From contig CBDASK010000003.1 of the NCBI GenBank assembly GCA_965199495.1, positions 1,376,001 through 1,440,000 of the forward strand: a stretch of 64,000 nucleotides of DNA. Reading direction: 5' to 3'. Each line of letters opens with the position of its first letter. The stretch's first letter is position 1. This DNA is from Abditibacterium sp. (lineage in GTDB: Bacteria > Armatimonadota > Abditibacteriia > Abditibacteriales > Abditibacteriaceae). The position numbers and the translations under genes were made by a program. The notes beneath the pieces are model-generated. The model saw only the letters and a program-made list of their open reading frames with translations. It was not told the DNA's origin and searched no databases. Of the stretch, positions 9,348 to 19,428 are shown one piece after another.

Positions 9348-10780
9348 ACGATATTTCCCAATTGTCGGTCAACTCGCGTCTGACGTTCGACGTTTTGCAA
9401 TTTGGCGCCATTCCCGAAATATCGGCGCTCTGCTTTTCGCCCGATGGACGCTGGCTGTGCGGCATCTGCAAAGGTTTAGTTCGCATCTGGGCGATGCCGA
9501 GCGGCGAACTGGCACACGAATTTAACTCTGGCGGCCAAATCGCTTTCACGCCCAATAGTGATTTGGTTTGCATTTTCAACGGGCAAGATTTCTCCTTGAT
9601 GCGGATTTTGCGGCTGCCCGATGGTAAGTTAGTGCGCGAATTTGAAATTCACCGCGAGCCGATCTACACAATTACGGTGAGTCCCGACGGCTCGACAATC
9701 GCCGGAGGCGGTTATCAAAAAGCCTATTTATGGGACGTTGGAAGTGGGCAACAAACGCACTCTTTTCCGCTTCATCGTCGTGTGACGAATTTCATCGGTT
9801 TCGCTCCCAACGGCCAAAGTTTGGTAACGCGCAGCTATAATGATGCGGCGATTTGGTCACTCGATGGCGAGCTTCAAACAGCAATCGAACCGCTCGACGA
9901 AGGCTTTGGCGCCGTGGCTGCTTCGCCTCAAGGTGTCTTGGCCGTTACCAACAACAACGCGGTCGAACTGTGGAATTGGAAAGGCGAGAGATTGGCATAT
10001 ACCGAAACCGAGCATCGCTTGTATTCGGCGGCGTTCGATGCAACGGGGGAAGTTTTGGTGGTTGGTTCTTGCGAAAATGACATCACGATTTTCGATGTCG
10101 AAAGTTTGAAGATAACTCGCACTTTGAAAACTCCGCGACCTCATGTGCATAAATTAGCGTGGAGCGCGGATGGAACTTTGGCCGCCGTTTGCTATGGCGC
10201 CATCGAATTGTGGAGCGACCGCGCGATTGGCAAACCTTCGCCCAAAGCCGCCGCGCGCGCCGACGATGCGGAAATGACCGAGCGATTGGAACGCATTCGC
10301 GCCAAAATCGCAAAGCGGGGTTTAGGGCTTCTGCCGCCAGCCGAACTTTCGCAGGTAGAAGCCTTTGAAGCTGAATGGAAAATTACGCTGCCATTGGGGT
10401 TTCGGCGTTTCATCACTGAAATCGGCAACGGCGGCAATGGGCCACCCGCTTATGGTTTGGTTCGACTTCAAGAATCGGCCCAACTTTATAATCAAAGTTT
10501 GCAACCGCAAAAGCCTTTTCCTTTTACTGAAGATTTTATGTGGACAGACGAAGATGCGGCGAAATTCTACCCAGATGAGGGTTACCTCTATCTGGGCACA
10601 GATGGTTGCGCGATGGATTGGATATTGATTATTGAAGGAACTGAGCGGGGTCAAATCTGGCAAGTTACGGAGATGGGCGCGGTTGCGGTTGCGCCGCGCC
10701 GCGATCTTTTGAGTTGGTACGAGTATTGGATAGATGGCGGCGACGATTACTGGGAAATGTTTGGCGATGGCGCTGCATAA
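9344..10780 (+). CDS. WD40 beta-propeller fused to C-terminal SMI1/KNR4 (SUKH) domain
   Basis: Repeated FSPDG..W blades; C-terminal VEAFEAEWKITLPLGFRRFITEIGNGG and GQIW; ATGA overlap with upstream gene. Confidence 0.8.
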   Translation: MNDISQLSVNSRLTFDVLQFGAIPEISALCFSPDGRWLCGICKGLVRIWAMPSGELAHEFNSGGQIAFTPNSDLVCIFNGQDFSLMRILRLPDGKLVREFEIHREPIYTITVSPDGSTIAGGGYQKAYLWDVGSGQQTHSFPLHRRVTNFIGFAPNGQSLVTRSYNDAAIWSLDGELQTAIEPLDEGFGAVAASPQGVLAVTNNNAVELWNWKGERLAYTETEHRLYSAAFDATGEVLVVGSCENDITIFDVESLKITRTLKTPRPHVHKLAWSADGTLAAVCYGAIELWSDRAIGKPSPKAAARADDAEMTERLERIRAKIAKRGLGLLPPAELSQVEAFEAEWKITLPLGFRRFITEIGNGGNGPPAYGLVRLQESAQLYNQSLQPQKPFPFTEDFMWTDEDAAKFYPDEGYLYLGTDGCAMDWILIIEGTERGQIWQVTEMGAVAVAPRRDLLSWYEYWIDGGDDYWEMFGDGAA

Positions 10781-10837
10781 GCTGGGCGACCAGATCGTAT
10801 TATGACCCGTCACAGCGCACCAGCCACGCCGCCCTTC

Positions 10838-11809
10838 TCACTGATGCGCCGCCGAAAACTTCTCGTGCAGGCGTCGCATAAACGCATCCTCAATGCCCAC
10901 GCGCTGTTTTAACAGTGCGCCTTTGGGCGAACCGGCGAACCATTTTAAATTGACGTATTCGCGGTCAACGGCGCCGAAACGATATTTGTATTCTTCGGCG
11001 CCGCGCAGAAAGTCGAACTCGGTCGCGCCTTCGGTTATGGCGTGGGCGAAAACGCGGCTAAATAGACAGGTGCCGACGCTCCATTTCATCAGTTCCGGCT
11101 CGAAGCCGCCGATGAAAAACCAGTATTTGCCACCCCAGAAATAACTCAACAAAACGCACGCCGGACGATTATCGCATTTGAGGCGCCACAAGCGCAGCCA
11201 ATCGTTGGCGAGAAATTTGTGACAAATCGTGCGATGAAAATTGCGGCGCGACGGCAACGCCAACACGCCGGTTTGCCCGCGCGCGCGCCAACGTCTGCCG
11301 TGCAGTTCGACCAATTGATTCCAAAATTCGTCAACTTGCGCGGGCGTTTGCGCCAGTTCATATTCGACTTTAAATTGCTTTTCTAATCTACGCGGGTATC
11401 GTTTAATTTGCTCGCGCATATTCTTGCCCAGCGATTTGACATATTCATCGAATGTATCGGGAAAAGTTAAAACCGGACAGACTTCGGCGGGTTCGATTTG
11501 CCAATCGTCGGCGCGCGCGCGTTCGACGAGGGGCGACGTGGCTGCTATTTGACTCAGAATGGCGCCAGCGCGTAGGCGCGACAATTTGAGCGTTGAATCC
11601 CAGAGTTCATCGAGCGCTTTGGGGTTTTCGATGCACGCGCCGCCGCAATCGGCGATGCCTTGCGCCCAAAACTCCAGACGCCGAATGCCCAAGCCACGCG
11701 TTTGTAACCAAATTCCGTCGCTTGCGGTTTCGATGGCGTGAAAACGCTTGCCGTTGCCGAACAATTTCGCGTAAACCTTGCGATATTCGGCGGTTTGAAA
11801 GACTGTCAT
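10838..11809 (-). CDS. GNAT acetyltransferase (CelD/BcsL-like)
   Basis: FDEYVKSLGKNMREQIKR, SVGTCL, FDFLRGAEEYKYRFG. Confidence 0.85.
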   Translation of the reverse strand: MTVFQTAEYRKVYAKLFGNGKRFHAIETASDGIWLQTRGLGIRRLEFWAQGIADCGGACIENPKALDELWDSTLKLSRLRAGAILSQIAATSPLVERARADDWQIEPAEVCPVLTFPDTFDEYVKSLGKNMREQIKRYPRRLEKQFKVEYELAQTPAQVDEFWNQLVELHGRRWRARGQTGVLALPSRRNFHRTICHKFLANDWLRLWRLKCDNRPACVLLSYFWGGKYWFFIGGFEPELMKWSVGTCLFSRVFAHAITEGATEFDFLRGAEEYKYRFGAVDREYVNLKWFAGSPKGALLKQRVGIEDAFMRRLHEKFSAAHQ

Positions 11810-12753
11810 GCGGCCTCCGTTGCGGCGGCTTTGGCCGCTTGCGCATCGCGAATCGTCGCGCCGACTTCAGCGCCCAACAACACGATCATCGAAGCGTAAT
11901 AAATCCACAGCATCGTGACGACGACGCCAGCCACGCTGCCATAAGCGGCTTCGTAGCGCGTGACGTTGCCCAGAAATCGGCCAAACGCCCATTTGCCGAT
12001 TTCCCAGCCCAACGCGCCGACCAACGACGAAGTCAGCAAAGTGCGACTGCGCGGCGCGACTTTGCGGTTGGGCGTGAAGCGATAAAGCAAATAAAACATC
12101 AGAAAAGTGATGGCGTAACCGGCGAATTTGCCCAGTAAATTGTAGACGACGGGCGCGCGATTGATCCAAAAATCGGGCAAACGTTCGCCCATAGTTTGCA
12201 ACAATGACAAACCAAAAGTGACGCCGGACGAAAGCAAAAAGAGCAGGCCAGCGCCAAAAAGCAAACCCCACAGCGTCAGTTGGTGCGACAAAAACGAGCG
12301 CGGTTGCGCGCCGGGAAAGATGCGATTGAGCACGGTCGCCAAAACATCGAAATAGGCGCGCCCGGCCCACAACAGCGAAATCAGCGCGAAAATCGAAGTG
12401 CGCGTGACGTGCGGATTGGCGGCGATGGAAGTCACGCCGCGCTCGATTTCGCGCGATAAATTGGCGCCCGCCGCGCCCGGAAAAAACGAGGCGACGAAAC
12501 CAGAAAAATCGGCCAAAGCCGTTTTATCACCCGCCAACGAACGCGCCAACAAAGTCACGCCCGCGAGGGCGAGCGGGAACATCGAAAGCAAGCCGAAAAA
12601 CGCGAGGGCCGCCGCCATTAACGGGCAGGCGTCGTCGCCCCAACGATTGGCGAGGCGAAAACCGAAAGTAACGGGCACGCGCAAAAACGGGACTTTATCG
12701 AGAATCGTTTCGACAAAATCGGGCAGTTCGAGCGGCGAAGCGGAAGCAACCAT
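11806..12753 (-). CDS. YihY/BrkB family membrane protein
   Basis: AAALAFFGLLSMFP, AYGSVAGVVVTMLWIYY, LLGAE. Confidence 0.9.
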   Translation of the reverse strand: MVASASPLELPDFVETILDKVPFLRVPVTFGFRLANRWGDDACPLMAAALAFFGLLSMFPLALAGVTLLARSLAGDKTALADFSGFVASFFPGAAGANLSREIERGVTSIAANPHVTRTSIFALISLLWAGRAYFDVLATVLNRIFPGAQPRSFLSHQLTLWGLLFGAGLLFLLSSGVTFGLSLLQTMGERLPDFWINRAPVVYNLLGKFAGYAITFLMFYLLYRFTPNRKVAPRSRTLLTSSLVGALGWEIGKWAFGRFLGNVTRYEAAYGSVAGVVVTMLWIYYASMIVLLGAEVGATIRDAQAAKAAATEAA

Positions 12754-12772
12754 CGCTTTCAGTTTGACTGTT

Positions 12773-12878
12773 CAGGAGCAAGGGACAAGGAGCAGGGAAC
12801 AAGGAGTAGGAACGAGATATTTCACAAATAAACAGAATTGGTGGAAGGTGCTGTCCCTTGTTCCCTGCTCCTTGCTCC
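12773..12878. repeat. Heptamer-based inverted repeat (AGGAGCA/AGGGAAC-like units)
   Basis: 12786-12804 is the reverse complement of 12856-12874. Confidence 0.8.
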
Positions 12879-12882
12879 ACTT

Positions 12883-14103
12883 TTACGGATGAGCCAGATA
12901 ATAATCGCGCGACAAACGAACTTGTTTGCCGTTCACAATTTTATAGGCTTCTGAGCGCATGCCGCCTGTGCGCGATAAAACGCGCGAAGTGACTTTCACT
13001 GCCGGACTGGATTTGGGTTTTTCGCCCCAGATTTTCGCGACGAATTTGCCGCCGCTGACTTTGGTTTCGACTTTGATCGCGCCGCCGGTATCGTTGCGAA
13101 ACTTGAAATCTTTCTGGCCCCACAACAACGCCGCGTCCTGCGACGGCGGCACATACGTCACGCGCATCGAGTGCGGATGGCGCTCGACAATCGGCAAATC
13201 GGCCAACAATGTCGCGTTATAAAGCGTTGAAGACGCCTGACAAATTCCGGAGCCGGTGCCCGAAACGACCTGACCATTCATAAACATTCCGGCCTCGCGC
13301 CAGCCCGCCGCCGCATTGCGCGGGCCGATGGTTTGGTTGGTCGAAAACACCGCGCCCGGCGCCACAATCGTGCCGTTGATATGGCTGGCCGCCATCTTCA
13401 AATTGGTGGTGCGACCGCGCAAACCCGCGTTATAGGAAGTCGAGAAATCAGCCAGTAAATAGGGGAATTTGCCACTGCCCGCCTTCGCCGTGGCTGCTTC
13501 GTCGGGCTTGTCGGTTTTGATGATTGGATCGGGCGCCGATTTGAACGGAATGGTCAACATTTCGGCGAACGGCTTGGGCTGGCCTTCCAAAGCCAAGCGC
13601 ACGCGCACCGCGCTGCCGCCGACGTTGAGCGCTTTGTCCTCGAAATCCTGTTTGACCTGAGAATTGAGCAAATTCAATTCGCGCGTCACTTTTTTGGTAT
13701 CCACGTCCAAACGCAACGCCGCCGCGCCGGTTTTGCGCGCGGCGTCGAACATCGAATCAGTATCAATCGAGGCACCCAATTCGGCGCGCGTGTAGGTGTA
13801 TTGATAATCGCCGATGACCAGACGAATCGGTTCTTTGAGCTGCGGTTCGAGCGCCGCGCGCAATTTAGCCGTCGCCTGCGCCCGCGACAAACCGGCGATG
13901 TCTACGCCCGCCGCCAACAAGGTATTTTGCGAAGCCGAACTTGCGGAAGCTGAAGGCGCGGGCGCGGGCGTGACCGAAGTCGTCTGATGGCGTACCGGTT
14001 CGCCGATAATCAGCGGCGAATCTGTTTGCTGCGCGTGCGCAATGTCGGTGGCCGAAGCCACCGCACCAAGCGCGAAAATTGCCAGAATGAAACGAGAGTT
14101 CAT
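12883..14103 (-). CDS. Secreted VanW-family protein
   Basis: Signal peptide; RTTNLKMAA, GSGICQASSTLYNA, ERHPHS, DFKFRN. Confidence 0.88.
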   Translation of the reverse strand: MNSRFILAIFALGAVASATDIAHAQQTDSPLIIGEPVRHQTTSVTPAPAPSASASSASQNTLLAAGVDIAGLSRAQATAKLRAALEPQLKEPIRLVIGDYQYTYTRAELGASIDTDSMFDAARKTGAAALRLDVDTKKVTRELNLLNSQVKQDFEDKALNVGGSAVRVRLALEGQPKPFAEMLTIPFKSAPDPIIKTDKPDEAATAKAGSGKFPYLLADFSTSYNAGLRGRTTNLKMAASHINGTIVAPGAVFSTNQTIGPRNAAAGWREAGMFMNGQVVSGTGSGICQASSTLYNATLLADLPIVERHPHSMRVTYVPPSQDAALLWGQKDFKFRNDTGGAIKVETKVSGGKFVAKIWGEKPKSSPAVKVTSRVLSRTGGMRSEAYKIVNGKQVRLSRDYYLAHP

Positions 14104-14157
14104 AACGATTAGTGTGACAACCCAACGGCGTTTGGGTTGCTTTGGGCGCGCTATAAC

Positions 14158-14940
14158 TCAACTTTCGACGGCAACTGCGATGTCCAACGCATAAATTTCG
14201 CTCGGCGCCAGCGTGACTGCGTCATCGGCGATGGCGCCGCATTCGACGCAAATATAACGCTCCCAATCGTCGGCGCCCAAATCGTTCATTTGCCCGGCGG
14301 CTTTTTGCCACGGATTCCACACCACCGTCGAGCGCCAACCCGATTGGCCCGTAATGTGAACGGTGCGCGCGCCGTCGCGAATCTGAATCGGGCCGGGCGC
14401 ATCCAGATAAACGCGGTCGGTTTCGCCATGCAAAAGGACGGCACCGTTTTGCGATTTGCGCGCGTAATTTTCGGTTTTATCGAGATAAGTTTTGCCATTT
14501 AATCCCTCGACGATCACGTTTCGCACGTCTTCGACCGCGAAATAAGTGTGCAAAGCGCACTCGAATTTTTGTTCGTAATCGCGCTGGTTTTCGATTTCCA
14601 AACGCATCTGCAATTGCTCGCCAAAACCGAACTTCATCTGCACGCCCCAACCGCGCGATGGCACGGAAAGCGTGACGGCATCGTCCGCGACGTTTTCGAT
14701 TTGCCAGATCGCAGTGCGCGCCCAGCCGTGTTGCGGCAAATTCGCGTCGGTTTGGTTAGGGCCAAACCACGGAAAAATGACCGGCACGCCGCCGCGAATC
14801 GCGCGGCCCGCCGCAAAATTCGAGGTTTTCGACAAAAACAGCCAATCGCGAAAACGCGTCAGGTGCGCGCCCTGCAAATAAATATCGGCATCGGGGCAGC
14901 GCAGCAATTCGAGTCCGCCATGTTGAAGATTTTCAAACAT
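14158..14940 (-). CDS. D-hexose-6-phosphate mutarotase (YeaD-like)
   Basis: AIRGGVPVIFPWFG, QHGWAR, ALHTYF, VVWNPW, ICVE. Confidence 0.92.
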   Translation of the reverse strand: MFENLQHGGLELLRCPDADIYLQGAHLTRFRDWLFLSKTSNFAAGRAIRGGVPVIFPWFGPNQTDANLPQHGWARTAIWQIENVADDAVTLSVPSRGWGVQMKFGFGEQLQMRLEIENQRDYEQKFECALHTYFAVEDVRNVIVEGLNGKTYLDKTENYARKSQNGAVLLHGETDRVYLDAPGPIQIRDGARTVHITGQSGWRSTVVWNPWQKAAGQMNDLGADDWERYICVECGAIADDAVTLAPSEIYALDIAVAVES

Positions 14941-14990
14941 CGGTATTGAGGATAATTCAAACTCACTGCGCCAGTCATTTCCCTTCCATT

Positions 14991-15854
14991 ATGAAAATCG
15001 TATCGCTGATTCCTTCGGGCACCGACATCGCCGCCGCATTGGGTCTGGGCGCGCAAATCGTCGGCGTGTCGCACGAGTGCGATCACGCGTGCGCGGCGGG
15101 TTTACCCGTCGTCACGCGCTCGGTCATTGATTCGACTTTGCCGCCCGCGCAAATTGACGCCGACGTGAATAACGCCGTCGCGGCGGGCGAAAGTTTATAT
15201 CTCACCAATCGGGAATTGCTGCGAAAATTGGCGCCCGACGTGGTTTTGACGCAAACGATTTGCGATGTCTGCGCCGTCAACAGCCAAACCGCGACGCGCG
15301 ATTTGCCGCCGGGCGCCGATTTAATCAATTTGTCGGCGATTTCGATTGACGGTTTATGGGCCGACATCCGCGCCGTGGCAACAGCCACCGGCACCGACGG
15401 CGAACCGTTAATCGCGCAATTGCAGGCGCGATTAGAAAAAGTGCGAGCGCGTGCTGCGGACAAACCGCGCCCGCGCGCCTTGGTTTTGGAATGGAGCGAT
15501 CCGCCATTTCTGGGCGGACACTGGGTGCCCGAAATGATCGAAATCGCCGGAGCGACGCACGTTTTGAGCGGCGCCAGCGAACCGTCAAGGCGCGCGACAT
15601 GGGACGAAATCGCCGCATCGAAACCGGAATTCGTGATATTGGCGCCGTGCGGCTACGATTTAACTCAAACAATGGAACAGGGCCGCGAACTGTTGCCGCG
15701 CCTCAAACAAATCGGCGCGCGCGAAGTGTGGGCGACGAACGCGACGGCGTTGTTCTCGCGTTGCACGCCCGCGACAATTCGCGGCATCGAAGTTTTGGCG
15801 AGCATTTTTCACGGCGCGTTTGAAATTGAGAAATCGGAAGCGCGGCGTTTATAG
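14991..15854 (+). CDS. ABC substrate-binding protein, TroA/BtuF superfamily
   Basis: KIVSLIPSGTDI, VGVSHECD, CDVCAV, GHWVPEMI, PCG; no signal peptide. Confidence 0.85.
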   Translation: MKIVSLIPSGTDIAAALGLGAQIVGVSHECDHACAAGLPVVTRSVIDSTLPPAQIDADVNNAVAAGESLYLTNRELLRKLAPDVVLTQTICDVCAVNSQTATRDLPPGADLINLSAISIDGLWADIRAVATATGTDGEPLIAQLQARLEKVRARAADKPRPRALVLEWSDPPFLGGHWVPEMIEIAGATHVLSGASEPSRRATWDEIAASKPEFVILAPCGYDLTQTMEQGRELLPRLKQIGAREVWATNATALFSRCTPATIRGIEVLASIFHGAFEIEKSEARRL

Positions 15855-15861
15855 TGACGAT

Positions 15862-16416
15862 TCAACTCAAAACTAAGCGCAATTCCAAAGACAAGCCCGG
15901 CAACAACGCGCTTTCCAATTTATCATCGGCGCTCAGGGCGCGTGGCTCGTTGTTAGGCGTGTAAACGGTGAGAATTTGGCGGCGCGGATTCAGTTCCCAG
16001 ACTTCGCGCGCGCCGACTTCGAGCCACAACTCGATTTTGGCGGCGACTTCGCGCGCCGTATCGCCGGGACTACGCGTTTCCAAAACCAAGTCAGGCACGA
16101 CTGGCATGAAGCCTTTGGGAATCGGATAAATCACGCGCGCTTTGGTGATAAACGCGTAATCGGGCGCCAGAATGGTGCGCGGATTTTCTTCGACGATAAA
16201 TCCTGTTTCAGAAGTAAACCCTTTGCCCAAATCGTTGGCCAAAACGTGACCATGAACAAGAGCGACCAAATCGACTGTAACATTGCCGTGATCGGCTCCT
16301 GCTGGTATCATCAGTTTGAGTTCGCCGCGAATCAATTCGTAGCTTTGTCCGTTCGCGTTCAAACGTTCGTAATCGGCATCGCTGTAAAGTTCGGGTTCGA
16401 TAAAAATAGCGCTCAT
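15862..16416 (-). CDS. Uma2 family endonuclease
   Basis: YELIRGEL, APDYAF, PDLVLETRSP, LLPGL. Confidence 0.9.
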   Translation of the reverse strand: MSAIFIEPELYSDADYERLNANGQSYELIRGELKLMIPAGADHGNVTVDLVALVHGHVLANDLGKGFTSETGFIVEENPRTILAPDYAFITKARVIYPIPKGFMPVVPDLVLETRSPGDTAREVAAKIELWLEVGAREVWELNPRRQILTVYTPNNEPRALSADDKLESALLPGLSLELRLVLS

Positions 16417-16444
16417 GCTTCTATTTTGACACAAAACAAAAACC

Positions 16445-16462
16445 GCAGCGAATTCGCTGCGA
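16445..16462. terminator. Hairpin / probable terminator after cpaE-like gene
   Basis: Palindrome CGCAGCGAATTCGCTGCG with flanking A and T tracts. Confidence 0.55.
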
Positions 16463-16483
16463 TTTTCTTGTTTGCTTTGGATT

Positions 16484-17719
16484 TTACTTGAACCACTTTT
16501 TCAACAAGCCGCCTTGCCCGTTGTTCGATTCGTTGAAAACAATTGGCTCGCGGCCCAGCAGTTCGAGCGCCAGATTGTTGATGCGTCTGGCAATCGTGGT
16601 GCTTTCGTTGTGCAAAACGAAAGGTTTGCCTTCGTTGATCGAAGTTACCACGATTTTGCCGTCGGACGGAATGCGCGCGCGCATTTGCACGCCTAAAACG
16701 TTTTCCACATCTTCCAGCGAAATGCCGACATCCGAATTGGCGCGATTGAGCACGACCTGAATTTTTTCGGCCTCGTAAAGTTGGCGCAACATCTCCAACG
16801 CGGTGCGCGTTTTGTGCAGCGCCAGCAAGTCGAGCGAAGTCAAAAGCAGAATCGTTTTGGCGCTGTCCAACACGGCCAACGTGGTGTCTTGCAACTGCGA
16901 GGGCGTGTCCACGATGATATAATCGTAGCTTTCGCGCAACGTTTCCATGACTTGCTCAACCGTGTAAACAGTAATGGATTCGGCGTATTGCGGCGTCGAG
17001 GGCGCGACCAAAATTTTGAGGCCGCTTTCGGGGTGGAGCGTGAGATATTGCTCCAGAAGTTCGCCATCAATGCCGCCGTGGCCCTTCTGCGCCAGACCGG
17101 CGATGGTATTTTTGGGCGCCAGATTCAGCATCAAATCAATGTCGCCGAATTGCAAATTGAGGTCAACTAACACCACGCGCGGCATTTGGCCGTCTTCGCC
17201 CGTCGCGCGCGCCATAGCCACGGCGAGGTTGGCCGACAGCATGGATTTGCCCGCGCCGCCTTGGGGCGAGTAAACCGCGATGATTTCGCCCAGCGCGCGC
17301 TTGGCGTCGAGATTGGGCTGGGCGCTGACTTTGGCTTCGCGCTGTTTGGTGTTGGTCTGGTGAACGCTGCGAATCGTCGAAATCAGATCGTCGGGCGCGA
17401 CCGGGCGCATGATGCAATCGCGCGCGCCCGCCCGCATCAGGCGCCGCATCAGTTCCATGTCAGCGCCTTCGATTAAAACGATGACCGCCGTATCGGGAGA
17501 AGCGGTCGTGATTTGATCTATGACATGCGTCGAATCGGCGCTCAAAATGGCGCTGTCGAGCAAAACGACTTCGGGAGATAATTGGCGCGCTAAATCAACG
17601 GTTTGGCGGCCATCGGAGGCCTCGCCCACAATTTCCAGACCCCGGTCGCGCTCCAGTTGGAGCGCCAACCCTTGGCGCGATGTTGGTTTAGCGTCGGCGA
17701 GGATAATAGAAATAGCCAT
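16484..17719 (-). CDS. CpaE/TadZ-like protein (receiver domain + MinD/ParA ATPase)
   Basis: N-terminal REC-like domain; YSPQGGAGKS, VDLNLQFGD, YIIVDTP, VLNRA. Confidence 0.85.
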   Translation of the reverse strand: MAISIILADAKPTSRQGLALQLERDRGLEIVGEASDGRQTVDLARQLSPEVVLLDSAILSADSTHVIDQITTASPDTAVIVLIEGADMELMRRLMRAGARDCIMRPVAPDDLISTIRSVHQTNTKQREAKVSAQPNLDAKRALGEIIAVYSPQGGAGKSMLSANLAVAMARATGEDGQMPRVVLVDLNLQFGDIDLMLNLAPKNTIAGLAQKGHGGIDGELLEQYLTLHPESGLKILVAPSTPQYAESITVYTVEQVMETLRESYDYIIVDTPSQLQDTTLAVLDSAKTILLLTSLDLLALHKTRTALEMLRQLYEAEKIQVVLNRANSDVGISLEDVENVLGVQMRARIPSDGKIVVTSINEGKPFVLHNESTTIARRINNLALELLGREPIVFNESNNGQGGLLKKWFK

Positions 17720-17945
17720 GCGGAAAGATTTCAACGAACGGTCTTGAGTGACTCGTCCAAAAGAGAATGCCAGAGTTCAAGCAACAAAAATGCCCTTTTA
17801 CTCAAAGGGTTGAGGGTATTGGTAATTTGCCAACTTATAAGTTTAAGCGTTATTGATGATATAGGCGATGATTTATAAGTTGAAATTTGTAATTGGAGTT
17901 GCAAAGCGCCCTCAAACACCGTTCCAGCGGCAAGTTGGCTTCAAC

Positions 17946-17981
17946 AAAAAAGCCCGTTGCAACTTTGCAACGGGCTTTTTT
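17946..17981 (-). terminator. Intrinsic terminator after ndh (bidirectional form)
   Basis: AAAAAAGCCCGTTGCAA/TTGCAACGGGCTTTTTT. Confidence 0.85.
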
Positions 17982-17993
17982 GAAGTCAGCGAT

Positions 17994-19322
17994 TTATTTG
18001 TCGCCGACCAAATCTTTGGTTTTGTGATCGCGGCGCCCGACCAGAACGCGCGCGCCCCGGTCGTGGCCGACGAAGTTCCAAAACCAGCTTCCAATCGCGG
18101 CCAGACGGTTGCGCCAACCGGCCAGAAACATGACGTGAACGGCCAGCCACATCAGCCAACCGGGAAATTTGGTGATGCCGGTTCCCATGCGGATTTTGGC
18201 GGGTTTGTCCGCCGCCACAATCGCCGCGCCGCGCCCGATAATCGCCATCGAACCTTTGTCGTAATACGAAAACTTCGACGGCACGCCGCCACTGGCCAGC
18301 GTCAAAACGTTGGTCGAAGCCTGCGCCGCCATCTGAATCGCCACCTGCGCGACCTGCGGATAAGCCATCACGCGGTCGCCCCATTTGTAACCTTCGAGAT
18401 AGGCCATATCGCCGACCACGAAAACTTCGGGATGATCGGGCAAATTCAATTCTTCGTTGACCGGCACGCGAAAACCGCGCTGCAATTCCAGACCGAGATG
18501 GTCGCTGAGCAAAGCGCCGCGCACGCCCGCCGCCCAGATGACCGTGCCCGCCGCCAGCGTCTTGCCGTCTTTGAACTCGACGACGTTGTTTTCGACGCTA
18601 CCGACCGCCGAGTTGAGCATGATTTCGACGCCGCGCTTTTCCAACTCTTTCGCCGTGGCTTTCACCAGGTCGGGCGTGTTGCTAAAGGGCAACATGATGT
18701 TGCCCATCGCCTCGATAAGACAAACGCGCGCGTCTTTCATGTTGAGGCTGGGATAATCTTTCTGGAAGTTATCCTTGATCAACTCGCGAAAACCGCCCGC
18801 CAACTCGACGCCGGTCGGGCCGCCGCCGACGATGGCGATGGTCATCAACTGTTTGCGCTTTTCCGGGTCGGTTTCGGTCTGCGCCTTCTCGAAGCACTCC
18901 AAAACGTGATTGCGAATCTCTTCGGCCTGATCCACATCTTTCATCGAAAACGTCGTTTCGGCCAGACGGTCGTTGCCAAAGTAAAACTGTGCGCTGCCCG
19001 CCGCCAGAATCAGATAATCGTAATCAATTGGCTTGCCGTTGGCGATGTTGACCTGTTTTTGCGCCCAGTTCACGCCGGTCACGTCGGCCAATTGAAAATC
19101 AATGTTCTTGTAGGGATGAATGACTTTGCGAATCGGATAGGCGATGAGTTCCGAGTTGAGCGCGCCCGTCGCGACTTGATAAAGCAGCGGCCAGAAACCG
19201 TGATAGTTGTTGCGATCAACGACCAAAACGTCAATCGCCTTGTTGCCGAGCGTGCGAATCGCCGATATTCCGCCAAATCCGGCGCCCACAATGACCACTC
19301 TGGGTCGTCCATTTTTTGCCAT
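17994..19322 (-). CDS. ndh: Type II NADH dehydrogenase
   Basis: VIVGAGFGG, PLLYQVATG, IVGGGPTGVELAG, YYDKGSMAIIGR. Confidence 0.92.
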   Translation of the reverse strand: MAKNGRPRVVIVGAGFGGISAIRTLGNKAIDVLVVDRNNYHGFWPLLYQVATGALNSELIAYPIRKVIHPYKNIDFQLADVTGVNWAQKQVNIANGKPIDYDYLILAAGSAQFYFGNDRLAETTFSMKDVDQAEEIRNHVLECFEKAQTETDPEKRKQLMTIAIVGGGPTGVELAGGFRELIKDNFQKDYPSLNMKDARVCLIEAMGNIMLPFSNTPDLVKATAKELEKRGVEIMLNSAVGSVENNVVEFKDGKTLAAGTVIWAAGVRGALLSDHLGLELQRGFRVPVNEELNLPDHPEVFVVGDMAYLEGYKWGDRVMAYPQVAQVAIQMAAQASTNVLTLASGGVPSKFSYYDKGSMAIIGRGAAIVAADKPAKIRMGTGITKFPGWLMWLAVHVMFLAGWRNRLAAIGSWFWNFVGHDRGARVLVGRRDHKTKDLVGDK

Positions 19323-19410
19323 GTTCGTGTTAAATCTCCTGTTTACTATCGCGTCACCAGCTCTCACCGAGGGAAATCGCCGCCATCGCGAACCGCCGAA
19401 TTTTTCGACA

Positions 19411-19428
19411 TTGTGAACTTTATCACAA
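19411..19428. promoter_or_regulatory. Rex operator upstream of ndh
   Basis: TTGTGAA-CTTT-ATCACAA, one mismatch to the Rex consensus TTGTGAA-N4-TTCACAA. Confidence 0.7.

Noticed and set aside
14941..14990. Cobalamin riboswitch upstream of the BtuF-like gene
   Set aside because: Only 50 nt of intergenic space and no B12-box
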